DNA from: an uncultured Christensenella sp.
GTDB taxonomy: Bacteria > Bacillota > Clostridia > Christensenellales > UBA1242
Reading direction: 5' to 3'
NCBI GenBank assembly: GCA_948466185.1
Contig: CAOJZM010000003.1
Coordinates: forward strand, 2,578-66,577
Length of the DNA stretch: 64,000 nt
The notes under the pieces are model-generated. The model ran no database searches. It saw only the letters and a list, made by a program, of their open reading frames with translations, and was not told the DNA's origin. Of this stretch, positions 9,960 through 19,907 are shown in pieces (position 1 is the first letter of the stretch; every line of letters begins with the position of its first letter). Made by a program: the position numbers and the translations under genes.

Positions 9960-10032
9960 ATTTTTTTGTTACAAAATTGCTTTGTTTATTGATTTTATTA
10001 TGTTAAACTATAAACTAATAAAGGAGCAAAGA

Positions 10033-10887
10033 ATGACTGACGAAAACAGAAAAGCGGTGGAAAAATTTATTTCAATTTGTGATGAACTCATTACCTGCAA
10101 ATTTTTAGTGGCAGAAAATAAAATTCAAAAATTACTTGCCTCTTTGGCTGAAACTCCCGCGGTGTATGAACTTGTTTCTGAATGTATGGAACAGTTTAAC
10201 CGTGATAGAGAAATGAGTAAGGCTTTTGTTCAAGAATCAAAGGGGAATTTTGTATGTCATATGCCTAATGAAGAGTTTAAAATTATCTCATTGGTATTTT
10301 GTACACTTGCGGACATTAATGCAGGACGGATTATTTTTATGGATTTTGTAAAAACATATTTTAATGATGAGGATGGTTTAAATTGCTTTAAAAGATTTAT
10401 TGCTGTTATGATTATTCCTTTTAGAAATTTAATTGCCGAAGCATTTAATTATCCAATTATAGATTTAAATAAATCTGAAAAGCAGGAAGAAATAGCATCA
10501 GATGATACAAATATACAGGGAAAAGAAAAACACTTTTTTGATGATACGCTTGCAGATAAATTGGTTCAATTTCCAACTGTTAAAAACTCAGGGCACAATC
10601 TTAGCCAAGCAAAACTTGAAAAACTATGTGAGGTTTGCCAAAGAATTACTGTTCAAATTTTGGATGAACTTGAGGGCTATTTGCGAAGAGATAGTCATAT
10701 AGATGACTTAAAATCAATTTGTTATGCACTTGTTATGACAACTTCTGACCTTGACTTTGATGAAACAAGGGCTCTTGCATTAGGACTAAAATATGCAAGT
10801 AAAGGCGTTAAGTCAATTAAGTTTCTTGTAAGAGAACTTGAAGAAAATTTGGATGAATTCCTTAGCACTCTGGTGGATTTAAAATAG
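10033..10887 (+). CDS. hypothetical protein (284 aa)
   Basis: AAGGAG RBS at 10021-10026 precedes the ATG at 10033. The ORF-track extension back to 9814 overlaps the divergent gene and is hydrophobic nonsense. Confidence 0.65.
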   Translation: MTDENRKAVEKFISICDELITCKFLVAENKIQKLLASLAETPAVYELVSECMEQFNRDREMSKAFVQESKGNFVCHMPNEEFKIISLVFCTLADINAGRIIFMDFVKTYFNDEDGLNCFKRFIAVMIIPFRNLIAEAFNYPIIDLNKSEKQEEIASDDTNIQGKEKHFFDDTLADKLVQFPTVKNSGHNLSQAKLEKLCEVCQRITVQILDELEGYLRRDSHIDDLKSICYALVMTTSDLDFDETRALALGLKYASKGVKSIKFLVRELEENLDEFLSTLVDLK

Positions 10888-11820
10888 GCCAGATAAAAAT
10901 AGAAGTAAAACTGAAATTATTGTTGCCAGTAGGGCGTGAGAAAATTTTTGTAACGCAAATAAACCTACTGGCATATTTAATTTGCTTAACATGGTTAAAG
11001 ATTGAAGAAGGGTGGATATTCCACCAAAACTTATAATAAATGTTGCAGACATCACCGCAAAGTTAGCAGGTAACGTTGAGGCTATATCAGTGCAGCCTTT
11101 TGTTATTTCCACAACTCCAGATAAAAGTCCAGAAACTTGTGGAGGAAATAGATTAAAAAGTGGCGAAAGCGAAGTTATAACGCAGAAAAATATTGCAATA
11201 ATCACACCTACAGAAATTATGCTTAAAGCACTGTCAACAACAATTGTGTTAATGTCAGTTTTGTTTTTTGTTATATTGTTGGCAGGAGAAATTTCAATGT
11301 CTCTTGCTTTGATATTTCTATAAAGAAAGCCATTTAAAAATGCACCTAATATGTGGGATAAGAAAATTATATAACCAAGCTTTGAATTTCCAAGCATGCC
11401 AGCCCCAACAGCACCAATAATAAACATTGGGCCAGAAGTTGAACAGAAGGAACACATTCGAAGGGCTTCGCTTCGAGATATCTTTCCACTTTGATAAAGG
11501 TCGGCCGTCATCTTTGCACCAACGGGATATCCTGATACAATACTCATCAAAAACACATAGCTTGAAATCGCCGGAGCTTTAAAAAACTTTTGCATAGGTC
11601 GGGCAAATACTCCACTAAATTTTTCCACTGTGCCAAGCTCAGAAAGTATCTTGGTGAAAAACATAAAGGGCAGCACACTTGGCAGCACATTCATTGCCCA
11701 AGCATTAAGGCCGGCAAGAGTTTGTCCAATATAAAGGCTGGGGAAAATAATCATATTGATAAGAATATAAACCACGAAAATTGAAAGTAAAATCTTATAA
11801 TTTTTCAAAACACACCTCAT
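10879..11820 (-). CDS. ylbJ: polytopic membrane protein with nucleoside-recognition (Gate) domains, YlbJ-like sporulation membrane protein
   Basis: 313 aa with about 8 TM spans. Composition and motifs (GLNAWAMNVLPSVLPFMF) resemble YlbJ. Confidence 0.55.
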   Translation of the reverse strand: MRCVLKNYKILLSIFVVYILINMIIFPSLYIGQTLAGLNAWAMNVLPSVLPFMFFTKILSELGTVEKFSGVFARPMQKFFKAPAISSYVFLMSIVSGYPVGAKMTADLYQSGKISRSEALRMCSFCSTSGPMFIIGAVGAGMLGNSKLGYIIFLSHILGAFLNGFLYRNIKARDIEISPANNITKNKTDINTIVVDSALSIISVGVIIAIFFCVITSLSPLFNLFPPQVSGLLSGVVEITKGCTDIASTLPANFAVMSATFIISFGGISTLLQSLTMLSKLNMPVGLFALQKFSHALLATIISVLLLFLSGLF

Positions 11821-11919
11821 ATTGTTTGACAGGATATTTATGTTTTTGTATACTTTAAAATATATAACTGGACAAAGTATTTATATGTGTAAAAAACCTA
11901 AAAAAGAAGGGGTGCAAAA

Positions 11920-12915
11920 TTGAAAATAAAACAGCTATATAAGAAAGCAAAAATGGCTAAAAAAACCATTGTATTTCCAGAGGCATGCTTTAGTGATAGA
12001 ACAATAGAAGCAGTAAAATATATTCAAAAAAAGAAGATCGCAAATCCAATATTGATTGGAGACGAAAGTGCTCTTGTTCTTCGTGACAAGGATTTAATTA
12101 ATTTTAATATTGTTAATCCTAAAACTTTTTCTGGACTTGATGTTCTTGTCAATAATCTGTATGAAAAACGAAAGAAAAAAGGACTGACTCGCGAAGAAGC
12201 TGAAAAACTTGTTTTAGACCCATATTACTTTTCAACACTTTTTGTTGATGCAGGTTATGCGGATGGTATGGTTGCAGGTGCAGAGGCAAGTACTGCAAGA
12301 GCGATAAAACCAGCTTTACAAATTATTAAAGGTAAGAAAAAAGATTCCTTGATATCATCTTGTTTCTTCATTTATGGCAAGAATAAGTTTTTAGATGGAA
12401 AGTCATTGATTGTTTCAGATGCGGGGCTTGTTCCAAACCCTTCTGCTCAGGAGCTTGTTCAGATAGCCCATGACAGTGTTGCAACATTCGACAAGCTTGG
12501 ACTTGCGGATCCAAAGGTTGCCTTCCTATCATATTCGACCAAGGGTAGTGCAGAAGGTGAGACCGTTGAAAAGGTACGCACCGCTGCCGCTAAGTTTAAG
12601 AAAAGTGGAATTGTCTGTGATGGGGAACTTCAACTTGACTCTGCTTTGGTGCCAAGGGTGGCAGAGCATAAATGCCCAGACAGTGAAATTGCTGGCGATG
12701 CAAATATTCTTATTATGCCAAACTTGGAGGCAGGAAATATAACCTATAAAACCATGCAGTATATCGGTGGTCTTAACGCAATTGGCCCAATCTTACAAGG
12801 TCTCAAAAAACCAGTAAATGACCTTTCAAGAGGGGCAAGTGTTGAGGATATAATCACTATGACCGCAGTCACAGTATTGCAGTGCATAGAGGAAAATAAT
12901 GAGGAGGAAAAATGA
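11920..12915 (+). CDS. pta: phosphate acetyltransferase
   Basis: Short-form Pta, 331 aa (IVFPE..., GAEASTA, SYSTKGSA, GPILQGL). TTG start after GAAGGGGTG. Overlaps ackA by 4 nt. Confidence 0.93.
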   Translation: MKIKQLYKKAKMAKKTIVFPEACFSDRTIEAVKYIQKKKIANPILIGDESALVLRDKDLINFNIVNPKTFSGLDVLVNNLYEKRKKKGLTREEAEKLVLDPYYFSTLFVDAGYADGMVAGAEASTARAIKPALQIIKGKKKDSLISSCFFIYGKNKFLDGKSLIVSDAGLVPNPSAQELVQIAHDSVATFDKLGLADPKVAFLSYSTKGSAEGETVEKVRTAAAKFKKSGIVCDGELQLDSALVPRVAEHKCPDSEIAGDANILIMPNLEAGNITYKTMQYIGGLNAIGPILQGLKKPVNDLSRGASVEDIITMTAVTVLQCIEENNEEEK

Positions 12916-14105
12916 AAATATTAGTTATTAACGCAGGAAGTTCATCACTTAAATATCAACTTTTAGATATGGAAAATGAAAAGCTAATTGCAAAGGGAAA
13001 TTGTGAAAAAATAGGAATAGCTGGCTCGTCTATCACTCTTAAGGTAAATGGCAAGGCAAAGACCACAGAGGTAAAACTTCCAAATCACGAAGAGGCTTTA
13101 AAACAAGTATTTAAAGTTTTATGTGATAAGAAAAATAAGGTTCTATCTTCTTTATCAGAAATTGAAGCTGTAGGACATAGAGTCCTTCATGGTGGGGAGA
13201 AATTTAAAAAGTCAGTGCTTGTTGACGAAAAAGTTCTTAAAGAACTTAAAAAACTTATTCCTCTTGGACCATTACACCAACCAGCAAACATTCAAGGAAT
13301 TGAGGCTTGTATGAGTTTGATGCCTACAGTGCCTCAGGCGGCTGTTTTTGATACTGAATTCCATGCTACGCTTCCTGACTACGCATATCGTTATGCAATT
13401 CCAAAGGATGCTTATAAAAAGTGGGGGATCAGAAAATATGGTTTCCATGGCACAAGTCATAAATATATTGCAGGGGCACTTGAGAAGCTTACCGGAAAGA
13501 AGGGTAAATTCATCATTTGTCATATAGGTAATGGGGCTTCTGTCTCTGCGGTTAAGAATGGAAAATGTTTAGATACTTCAATGGGATTTACTCCACTAGA
13601 AGGACTTGTAATGGGCACTAGATCTGGGGATATTGATCCTGCTGTTGTAGAGCGTATTATGGATATGTCTGGCAAGAATGTTCATGAGGCAATTAATTAT
13701 CTTAACAAAGAAAGCGGACTTCTTGGAGTGAGTGGAATTTCCAGTGATATAAGAGATATTCAAGCAGTTGCAGATTCCAACAAGGATGCAAAACTTGCCA
13801 TTAACATGCTGTGTTATAGAGTCAAAAAATATATAGGAGAATATGTTGCAGTGCTTAATGGTGTGGATGCAATAGCATTTACAGCAGGCACTGGGGAAAA
13901 TCGTCCAGAAATCAGACAACAAATTATTGATGGACTTGACTGGATGGGAATAAAGCTTGACAAAGACAAGAACGATAATTTTGAAAGGGGAGAGATTTGT
14001 GATATAACAGCAAAAGACTCTCATTGCAAGATTTATGTTATTCCTACAGATGAGGAACTAATGATAGCTCGTGACACAAGAGATCTTGCAAAAAATAATA
14101 AATAA
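12912..14105 (+). CDS. ackA: acetate kinase
   Basis: MKILVINAGSSSLKYQL, HRVLHGG, FHGTSH, IPTDEE motifs. Confidence 0.95.
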   Translation: MKILVINAGSSSLKYQLLDMENEKLIAKGNCEKIGIAGSSITLKVNGKAKTTEVKLPNHEEALKQVFKVLCDKKNKVLSSLSEIEAVGHRVLHGGEKFKKSVLVDEKVLKELKKLIPLGPLHQPANIQGIEACMSLMPTVPQAAVFDTEFHATLPDYAYRYAIPKDAYKKWGIRKYGFHGTSHKYIAGALEKLTGKKGKFIICHIGNGASVSAVKNGKCLDTSMGFTPLEGLVMGTRSGDIDPAVVERIMDMSGKNVHEAINYLNKESGLLGVSGISSDIRDIQAVADSNKDAKLAINMLCYRVKKYIGEYVAVLNGVDAIAFTAGTGENRPEIRQQIIDGLDWMGIKLDKDKNDNFERGEICDITAKDSHCKIYVIPTDEELMIARDTRDLAKNNK

Positions 14106-14117
14106 TAGCAAAAACGC

Positions 14118-14146
14118 TTGACAAATGGACAAATTGTCAATATACT
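14118..14146 (+). promoter_or_regulatory. near-consensus sigma-A promoter for rpmF
   Basis: TTGACA (14118-14123), 17-nt spacer, TATACT (14141-14146). Confidence 0.5.
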
Positions 14147-14179
14147 ATTACAGTTGAAATTATAAGGAGGAAATGAAAT

Positions 14180-14371
14180 ATGGCAGTTCCAAAGGGTAAG
14201 GTATCAAAGGCTAGAAGAAATTCAAGAAATTCTGCAAATTTTAAGGCAACAGCTCCTACGCTTGTAGAGTGTCCTAAATGTCACGAACTTAAAGCACCTC
14301 ACAAGGTTTGCCCTAAGTGCGGTACGTATAAAAATGAAACCGTTGTTGATACTGAAAAGAAAAAGAAATAA
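14180..14371 (+). CDS. rpmF: 50S ribosomal protein L32
   Basis: MAVPKGKVSKARRNSR and a CPxC...CPxC zinc ribbon. Confidence 0.93.
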   Translation: MAVPKGKVSKARRNSRNSANFKATAPTLVECPKCHELKAPHKVCPKCGTYKNETVVDTEKKKK

Positions 14372-14383
14372 GTTATTTGTTTT

Positions 14384-14412
14384 AACAGCTCGAATTGTTC
14401 GAGTTGTTTTTT
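14384..14412 (+). terminator. rho-independent terminator
   Basis: AACAGCTCGAA-ttg-TTCGAGTTGTT followed by TTTTT. Confidence 0.75.
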
Positions 14413-14597
14413 ATTTGTTTATGTCTATATATTTTTACATAATACCACAAAGTTTAGATGTTATGCGACGCATAATACCACCATATGTTGTAAAGTTTGG
14501 AATCTTCTTCAAGTTTATGATTTGGTCTTAATTTTCTTTACAAGACATAATATTTTTTGTTAATATATAAACTGATTACGATTTGTGAGGTATAAAA

Positions 14598-15608
14598 ATG
14601 AAAATTGTTGTTGATGCTTTTGGTGGGGATAACGCACCAGTCGAAATTGTTGAAGGGGCCATACTCGCTTTAAAAAAACACAAGGATTTGGAAGTTATTC
14701 TTTGCGGAGATGAAAAAAGAATAAAAGAATGTTTAAATGGAAGAGAAGAGAGAATTGAAATTTCCCATGCTCCAGACATTATTACCAATAATGATGTGCC
14801 AACCGAGGCGATAAGGCATAAAAAAGATTCTTCTATGGTTCGAGCCTTTGACATTTTAAAGGAACGTGAAGATGTCATCGGTATGGTTTCAGCTGGAAGT
14901 ACGGGTGCGATTCTCACTGGCGCTATCATGAAAATTGGTCGAATAAAGGGAATTTCAAGGCCGGCACTCGCCCCAATTCTTCCAACCAAAAAGAAGAGTG
15001 ATGTTATAATTATTGACAGTGGTGCAAATGTTGACTGCAAGAGTGTGAACTTAGTTCATTTTGCACTTATGGGCAGTGCTTATTATTCAATAATTTATGA
15101 TACACCAAACCCACGAGTTGCACTTCTTAGCAATGGTGCTGAAGAGGGAAAGGGTAACGAACTTACCAAAGAGGTTTATCCAATGTTAAAAGCAGCTCCT
15201 ATCAATTTTATTGGTAACCGTGAGGGCTGTGATTACATGAGTGGCGATGTGGATGTTATGGTTTCTGACGGATTTGCAGCAAATGCACTTCTCAAGGGAA
15301 CTGAAGGTGCCGTCAAAGCAGTCCTTTCCATTTTGAAAGGTAGTATAAAATCCCACTTTTTAAGCAAGATTGGTGCTGTCTTTATGAAACGTACATTTAA
15401 AGACATTAAAAATAGGGTGGACATACAGGGTAAACATGGCGGTTCGCCATTCCTAGGCTGTAAAAAATTGGTGGTGAAAAATCATGGCTGTTGCAAAAGG
15501 GAAAACATTGTATCATCAATTGATCAAACCATCCTTTTAAATGAGAAAAATCTCATTAAAAGAATTGAATCAGCAATTACCGCATTTGAAGAGGTTAAAG
15601 GTGAGTAA
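14598..15608 (+). CDS. plsX: phosphate acyltransferase PlsX
   Basis: MKIVVDAFGGDNAP, VSAGSTGA, GCKKLVVKNHG motifs. Confidence 0.95.
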   Translation: MKIVVDAFGGDNAPVEIVEGAILALKKHKDLEVILCGDEKRIKECLNGREERIEISHAPDIITNNDVPTEAIRHKKDSSMVRAFDILKEREDVIGMVSAGSTGAILTGAIMKIGRIKGISRPALAPILPTKKKSDVIIIDSGANVDCKSVNLVHFALMGSAYYSIIYDTPNPRVALLSNGAEEGKGNELTKEVYPMLKAAPINFIGNREGCDYMSGDVDVMVSDGFAANALLKGTEGAVKAVLSILKGSIKSHFLSKIGAVFMKRTFKDIKNRVDIQGKHGGSPFLGCKKLVVKNHGCCKRENIVSSIDQTILLNEKNLIKRIESAITAFEEVKGE

Positions 15609-16227
15609 AATAAATTATACATTTAAAAATCAAGAACTTTTGGAAAGAGCTTTGACACACAGTTCAAAGTCAGAGAAAAACTATGAGAGATTAGAGTTTT
15701 TAGGTGATGGTATACTTGATTTTGTTGTGGGAGAATACCTTTTTAGGCACTGCTCCGAAGATGAGGGACAGTTGACGGTTCTCCGCTCTCACTTTGTTTC
15801 TGAAAGTAATCTTTGCAAAATCTTTGATATGCTTGAACTTGAAAAAGATGTCATCTTGGGCAAGAGCTATCATGGGCAAATATCTAAAGCTATCAAGGGG
15901 GATATTGTGGAGGCAGTTATTGCTGCAATCTATCTTGACAGTAATCTTGACACAGCCGCAGCTTTTATTGAGAAAACATTAAATCTCAGTGATTTTAAGA
16001 ATATTAAGAATGATAATTATAAATCACAATTGCAAGAACTTGTACAGGCTAATTTCAAATGTAAAATGCAGTATGATACACAACCAAAAGATAACGGTTT
16101 TATTTCTTCATTTTATATGGATGAGGATAAAATTGCTTCTGGCAAAGGTCAAAGTAAGATTGAGGCGGAGCAAGAAGCAGCCCGCAAGGCAATCAAAAAA
16201 CTGTTTTTAATAAAGGACAAGCAATAG
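15601..16227 (+). CDS. rnc: ribonuclease III
   Basis: ERLEFLGD signature and a C-terminal dsRBD (SGKGQSKIEAEQEAARKA). Likely GTG start at 15601, overlapping the plsX stop by 8 nt; the ORF track starts at 15541 inside plsX. Confidence 0.9.
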   Translation: MSKINYTFKNQELLERALTHSSKSEKNYERLEFLGDGILDFVVGEYLFRHCSEDEGQLTVLRSHFVSESNLCKIFDMLELEKDVILGKSYHGQISKAIKGDIVEAVIAAIYLDSNLDTAAAFIEKTLNLSDFKNIKNDNYKSQLQELVQANFKCKMQYDTQPKDNGFISSFYMDEDKIASGKGQSKIEAEQEAARKAIKKLFLIKDKQ

Positions 16228-16322
16228 TCCCAAATTTAGTAAAAGTTTATGGAATAAAATGTTTGGTTAAATTTATAAAAAATGTTAAACTTAATTAAAC
16301 TGAGTTTAATATAGGGGAACTT

Positions 16323-19300
16323 ATGATATTTAAAAAAATTGAAATGGTTGGCTTCAAATCTTTTGCTGACCGAACTGTTATTGAGTTTGATAGCAACTTT
16401 ACCGCTATTGTTGGACCTAATGGTTGCGGGAAAAGTAATGTTTCTGATGCTATAAGATGGGTGCTTGGTGAACAAAGCCCAAAAACTCTTCGTGGAGATT
16501 CCATGCAAGATGTTATTTTTAATGGAACAGAGAAAAGACGTAGCTTATCGTATTGCGAGGTTACCCTTACCTTTGATAACTCAACTCGTTTTTTTAACTT
16601 TGATTATGATGAACTTGCTATCACTCGTAAACTTTATCGCTCGGGGGAAAGCGAGTATTTAATTAACCGTAATACCTGCCATCTTCGTGATATTACAAAC
16701 CTGCTCTATAACAGTGGACTTGGAAAGAATGGTTACTCTGTTGTAAGTCAAGGTAAGGTCACTGAACTTGTGGACGCTAAGCCTGAAAATCGCAGAGCAA
16801 TGTTTGAAGATGCGGCTGGGATTTCTAAATATAAAAATGACAAGAGGGAAGCAGAACGCAAGCTTGAACGTACTCGTGACAATTTGACCCGTGTGAACGA
16901 CATCATTTCAGAAATTGAGCGTCAAATGGGGCCTCTTAAAAAGCAGGCTGAGAATGCAAAGAAATATCTTGAATACAAGGGGCAACTCAAAGACCTTGAA
17001 GTAAATGCATACATATATCAATATGAAAATGCCAATGACATTAAAGAGAAGATTAATGTTAAACTTTCTGCAATTACACAGCAACTTGCACTTCGTCAAG
17101 AAGAACTTGAAAAAGCGACAGATGATTACAACAAAAGTATGCTTGACCTTACCAATTTTGATAAGATACTCGCATCACTTAATGAAAATATATTGGATAT
17201 GACGGTATCCCTTGAAAAACAAGAAGGGGAAACTAAAATCGCAAGAGAGCGTATTAATTTCACTCATAAGGAAAACGATAGGCTCTATCTTGACAAAACA
17301 AACAGCGAAACTGCAATTCAACTTGCAGGCGAGCAAAAATCGGCACGACTTAGCGAAAAGGAAAAACTTCAAACTGTGCTTGAATCACTTGAAAGTTCTT
17401 TTAATGAACTCAGTGAAAAGTATTTGGAAATTGCTGATTCTCTTGCCCTTAGTGAAAATGAAGCAGGTCAATCTCAACAAAAGATTATTGAAACCCTCGG
17501 CTCTCTTTCAGATGTAAAGAGTAGTGTTTCTCGTCTTACAACTGAGAAAGATATTTTGTCTTCAAACCTTATGAATCTCAAACGTGATATGGATGCTCTT
17601 TCAGTTAAGAAATCGGAAATTGAAAATGAATTTACTGCTGTACAAAATAAAATTATAAGCATGAAAACAAAACTGGAAAAGGTCAAAGGCGACTGTGACA
17701 AATTGGCATCCGAGCAACTTATAGGAGAACGGGTTTTAAGAGAAAAAGAAAATGAAAAAGCTGATACAATAACTCGTATTAAAGTCTATGAAAACAGAAA
17801 GAAGCTTCTTTCTGACCTTCAAACCGAATATGAAGGCTATTCTTATGCGATCAAGAAACTTTTAAAAGAAAGTGAACATAATCAAGGTTTAAAGCAAAAA
17901 ATCGTGGGTGTTGTGGCTTCACTTATCAAGGTGCCCGAAAAGTATGAAACTGCAATTGAAGTTGCTCTTGGTGGGGCTGTACAAAATATCGTTACCTTTG
18001 ATGAAGAGGGTGCAAAATCACTCATTTCCTTTCTCAAAGAAAATCAATTTGGCCGTGCCACCTTCCTTCCAATCACTTCAATGAAACGCCGTGAGTTTGA
18101 CAAGGCTCTTATTTCTGGAAAGCAGGGGGTATTCGGCATCGCAAGTGACCTTGTTAGCTATGACAACAAGATTGACAATGTTGTAAGCAATCTTCTTGGC
18201 AGCACTGTGATTGTTGATACACTTTTCACGGCTGTTAATCTTGCAAAGTCAACGCGTTACGCATTTAGGATTGTAACGCTTGATGGGGACGTTGTCAATC
18301 CTCAAGGATCTTTGACAGGTGGAAGTAAGAAAGCAGAATCTGCCAATCTTATGGGGCGTGCAAGAGAAATTGAAACCCTAGGGATTGAAATTAAATCGCT
18401 AAACGGCAAGCTTAATAGTCTTGATACTGATCTTGCTGATCTGAGAGCTGTAACAGTTGAGAATAAATCGCGATTTGAGTCAATAAATAAAGAGCGAAGC
18501 GAAATCGAAATTGAACTTGCCAAGGAGAAGGAAAAGAGCGAACGCTATTCAAACTCACTCAGTGAGGTTAATGATAACCTTCGAGTAACTGAAATGGAAG
18601 CCACCACTGTACAAAACAAACTTAATCTTATAGAGCAGGAACTTGAAAGAACAGCTAAAATTGAAAGTGCTTTAAGTGGAAATCGTGAAGACGCTGACGA
18701 ACTTATCAAGGAAAAACGTGAGAAATTTGAGGCGTTACGTGTTGAGCGTGATAAGACAAATGAAAATATTTTGGCTGTCAAAGTGGAAATCGCTTCAAAT
18801 AAAGCAAAACTCGCTTCCATTGATACTGACATTTCACGTCTTGATTCGGAAATTTCTAGGCTGGAACTTAATCTTTCAAGTATTGATGAACAGATAGAAA
18901 AAAACAAGGAGTTTATCTTATCTGCTGAAAATATGATTAAGGATAAGTTAGCTTCCGCACCTTCTTCCTCTCAGAAGTTAAAACTTCAAGAAATTATTGA
19001 AAAACGTAATCAAGTTGAAGCAGGAAAGATTACTTTGTCTGATAAAATCAAGGAACTCGATAATAATAAAACCGCAATCATGGAAGAACTTTCAAGGATA
19101 AATGATAAGAAATTCCGTGAGGAAATGAATCTTCAAAAGGTGGACACTGAACTTGAGCAAATGCAGGAACGTATCTATGAAGAATACTCTCTTGTTTATA
19201 CTGACTGCCTAGAACATCGTCGCCCTGATTTTGATATTAATGTGGCAATGCCTGAAATCAATAAACTTAAAAAGAATATTTCTGCACTTGGCTATGTCAA

Positions 19301-19907
19301 TGTCAATGCGATTGAAGATTGCAAGGTGCTTCTTGACCGTTATGATGACCTTTCTTCTCAATGTGCGGATCTTCAAAAAGCGGAAGATGACCTTACCAAG
19401 ATTATTAAAGACCTTTCAAGCATTATGATTGAGAAATTTAATAATGAACTTGACCGTATAAACGAAAGTTTTAAACTCACTTTCCGAGAGTTGTTTGGGG
19501 GTGGAACAGCAAAACTTGCTCTCAGTGACGAGAATGAACCTCTCGACAGCGGAGTTGAAATATTCGCTCAGCCTCCTGGAAAGAAGATTCAAAATATGAC
19601 CCTTCTTTCAGGTGGTGAAAAATCACTTACCGCTATGGCTGTTATTTTTGCAATTCTGCGTATTAAGCCGCTGCCTTTCTGCCTATTTGATGAGGTGGAG
19701 GCAGCCCTTGATGACTCCAATGTGGAAATTGTGGATAAATATCTTAAAAAGCTTTCTTCAGAAACTCAGTTTATTCTTATTACACACAAGAAGCCAACCA
19801 TGGAGTATGCGGAAGCACTCTTTGGTGTAACCATGGAAGAAAAAGGTGTATCGAAGATTGTTTCTGTTAAACTTTCAGATGCAATCAAACACGCACAGGA
19901 GGAGTAA
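16323..19907 (+). CDS. smc: chromosome partition protein Smc
   Basis: 1194 aa. Walker A GPNGCGKSN, long coiled coils, hinge, C-terminal LSGGEK and Walker B LFDEVEAALD. Confidence 0.97.
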   Translation: MIFKKIEMVGFKSFADRTVIEFDSNFTAIVGPNGCGKSNVSDAIRWVLGEQSPKTLRGDSMQDVIFNGTEKRRSLSYCEVTLTFDNSTRFFNFDYDELAITRKLYRSGESEYLINRNTCHLRDITNLLYNSGLGKNGYSVVSQGKVTELVDAKPENRRAMFEDAAGISKYKNDKREAERKLERTRDNLTRVNDIISEIERQMGPLKKQAENAKKYLEYKGQLKDLEVNAYIYQYENANDIKEKINVKLSAITQQLALRQEELEKATDDYNKSMLDLTNFDKILASLNENILDMTVSLEKQEGETKIARERINFTHKENDRLYLDKTNSETAIQLAGEQKSARLSEKEKLQTVLESLESSFNELSEKYLEIADSLALSENEAGQSQQKIIETLGSLSDVKSSVSRLTTEKDILSSNLMNLKRDMDALSVKKSEIENEFTAVQNKIISMKTKLEKVKGDCDKLASEQLIGERVLREKENEKADTITRIKVYENRKKLLSDLQTEYEGYSYAIKKLLKESEHNQGLKQKIVGVVASLIKVPEKYETAIEVALGGAVQNIVTFDEEGAKSLISFLKENQFGRATFLPITSMKRREFDKALISGKQGVFGIASDLVSYDNKIDNVVSNLLGSTVIVDTLFTAVNLAKSTRYAFRIVTLDGDVVNPQGSLTGGSKKAESANLMGRAREIETLGIEIKSLNGKLNSLDTDLADLRAVTVENKSRFESINKERSEIEIELAKEKEKSERYSNSLSEVNDNLRVTEMEATTVQNKLNLIEQELERTAKIESALSGNREDADELIKEKREKFEALRVERDKTNENILAVKVEIASNKAKLASIDTDISRLDSEISRLELNLSSIDEQIEKNKEFILSAENMIKDKLASAPSSSQKLKLQEIIEKRNQVEAGKITLSDKIKELDNNKTAIMEELSRINDKKFREEMNLQKVDTELEQMQERIYEEYSLVYTDCLEHRRPDFDINVAMPEINKLKKNISALGYVNVNAIEDCKVLLDRYDDLSSQCADLQKAEDDLTKIIKDLSSIMIEKFNNELDRINESFKLTFRELFGGGTAKLALSDENEPLDSGVEIFAQPPGKKIQNMTLLSGGEKSLTAMAVIFAILRIKPLPFCLFDEVEAALDDSNVEIVDKYLKKLSSETQFILITHKKPTMEYAEALFGVTMEEKGVSKIVSVKLSDAIKHAQEE

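Noticed and set aside
9814-10032. N-terminal extensions proposed by the ORF track: 9814 for the 10033 gene, 15541 for rnc, 37457 for secD, 38853 for secF, 48076 for frr, 24708 for the 24759 gene
   Set aside because: The extensions overlap neighbouring genes or promoters, lack an RBS and encode implausible sequence. Internal starts with good Shine-Dalgarno sequences and conserved N-termini are preferred.
10879-10887. 9-nt overlap of the convergent genes 10033-10887 (+) and 10879-11820 (-)
   Set aside because: Short 3'-3' overlaps are common in compact genomes. There is no terminator or other special structure, so it is not considered significant.
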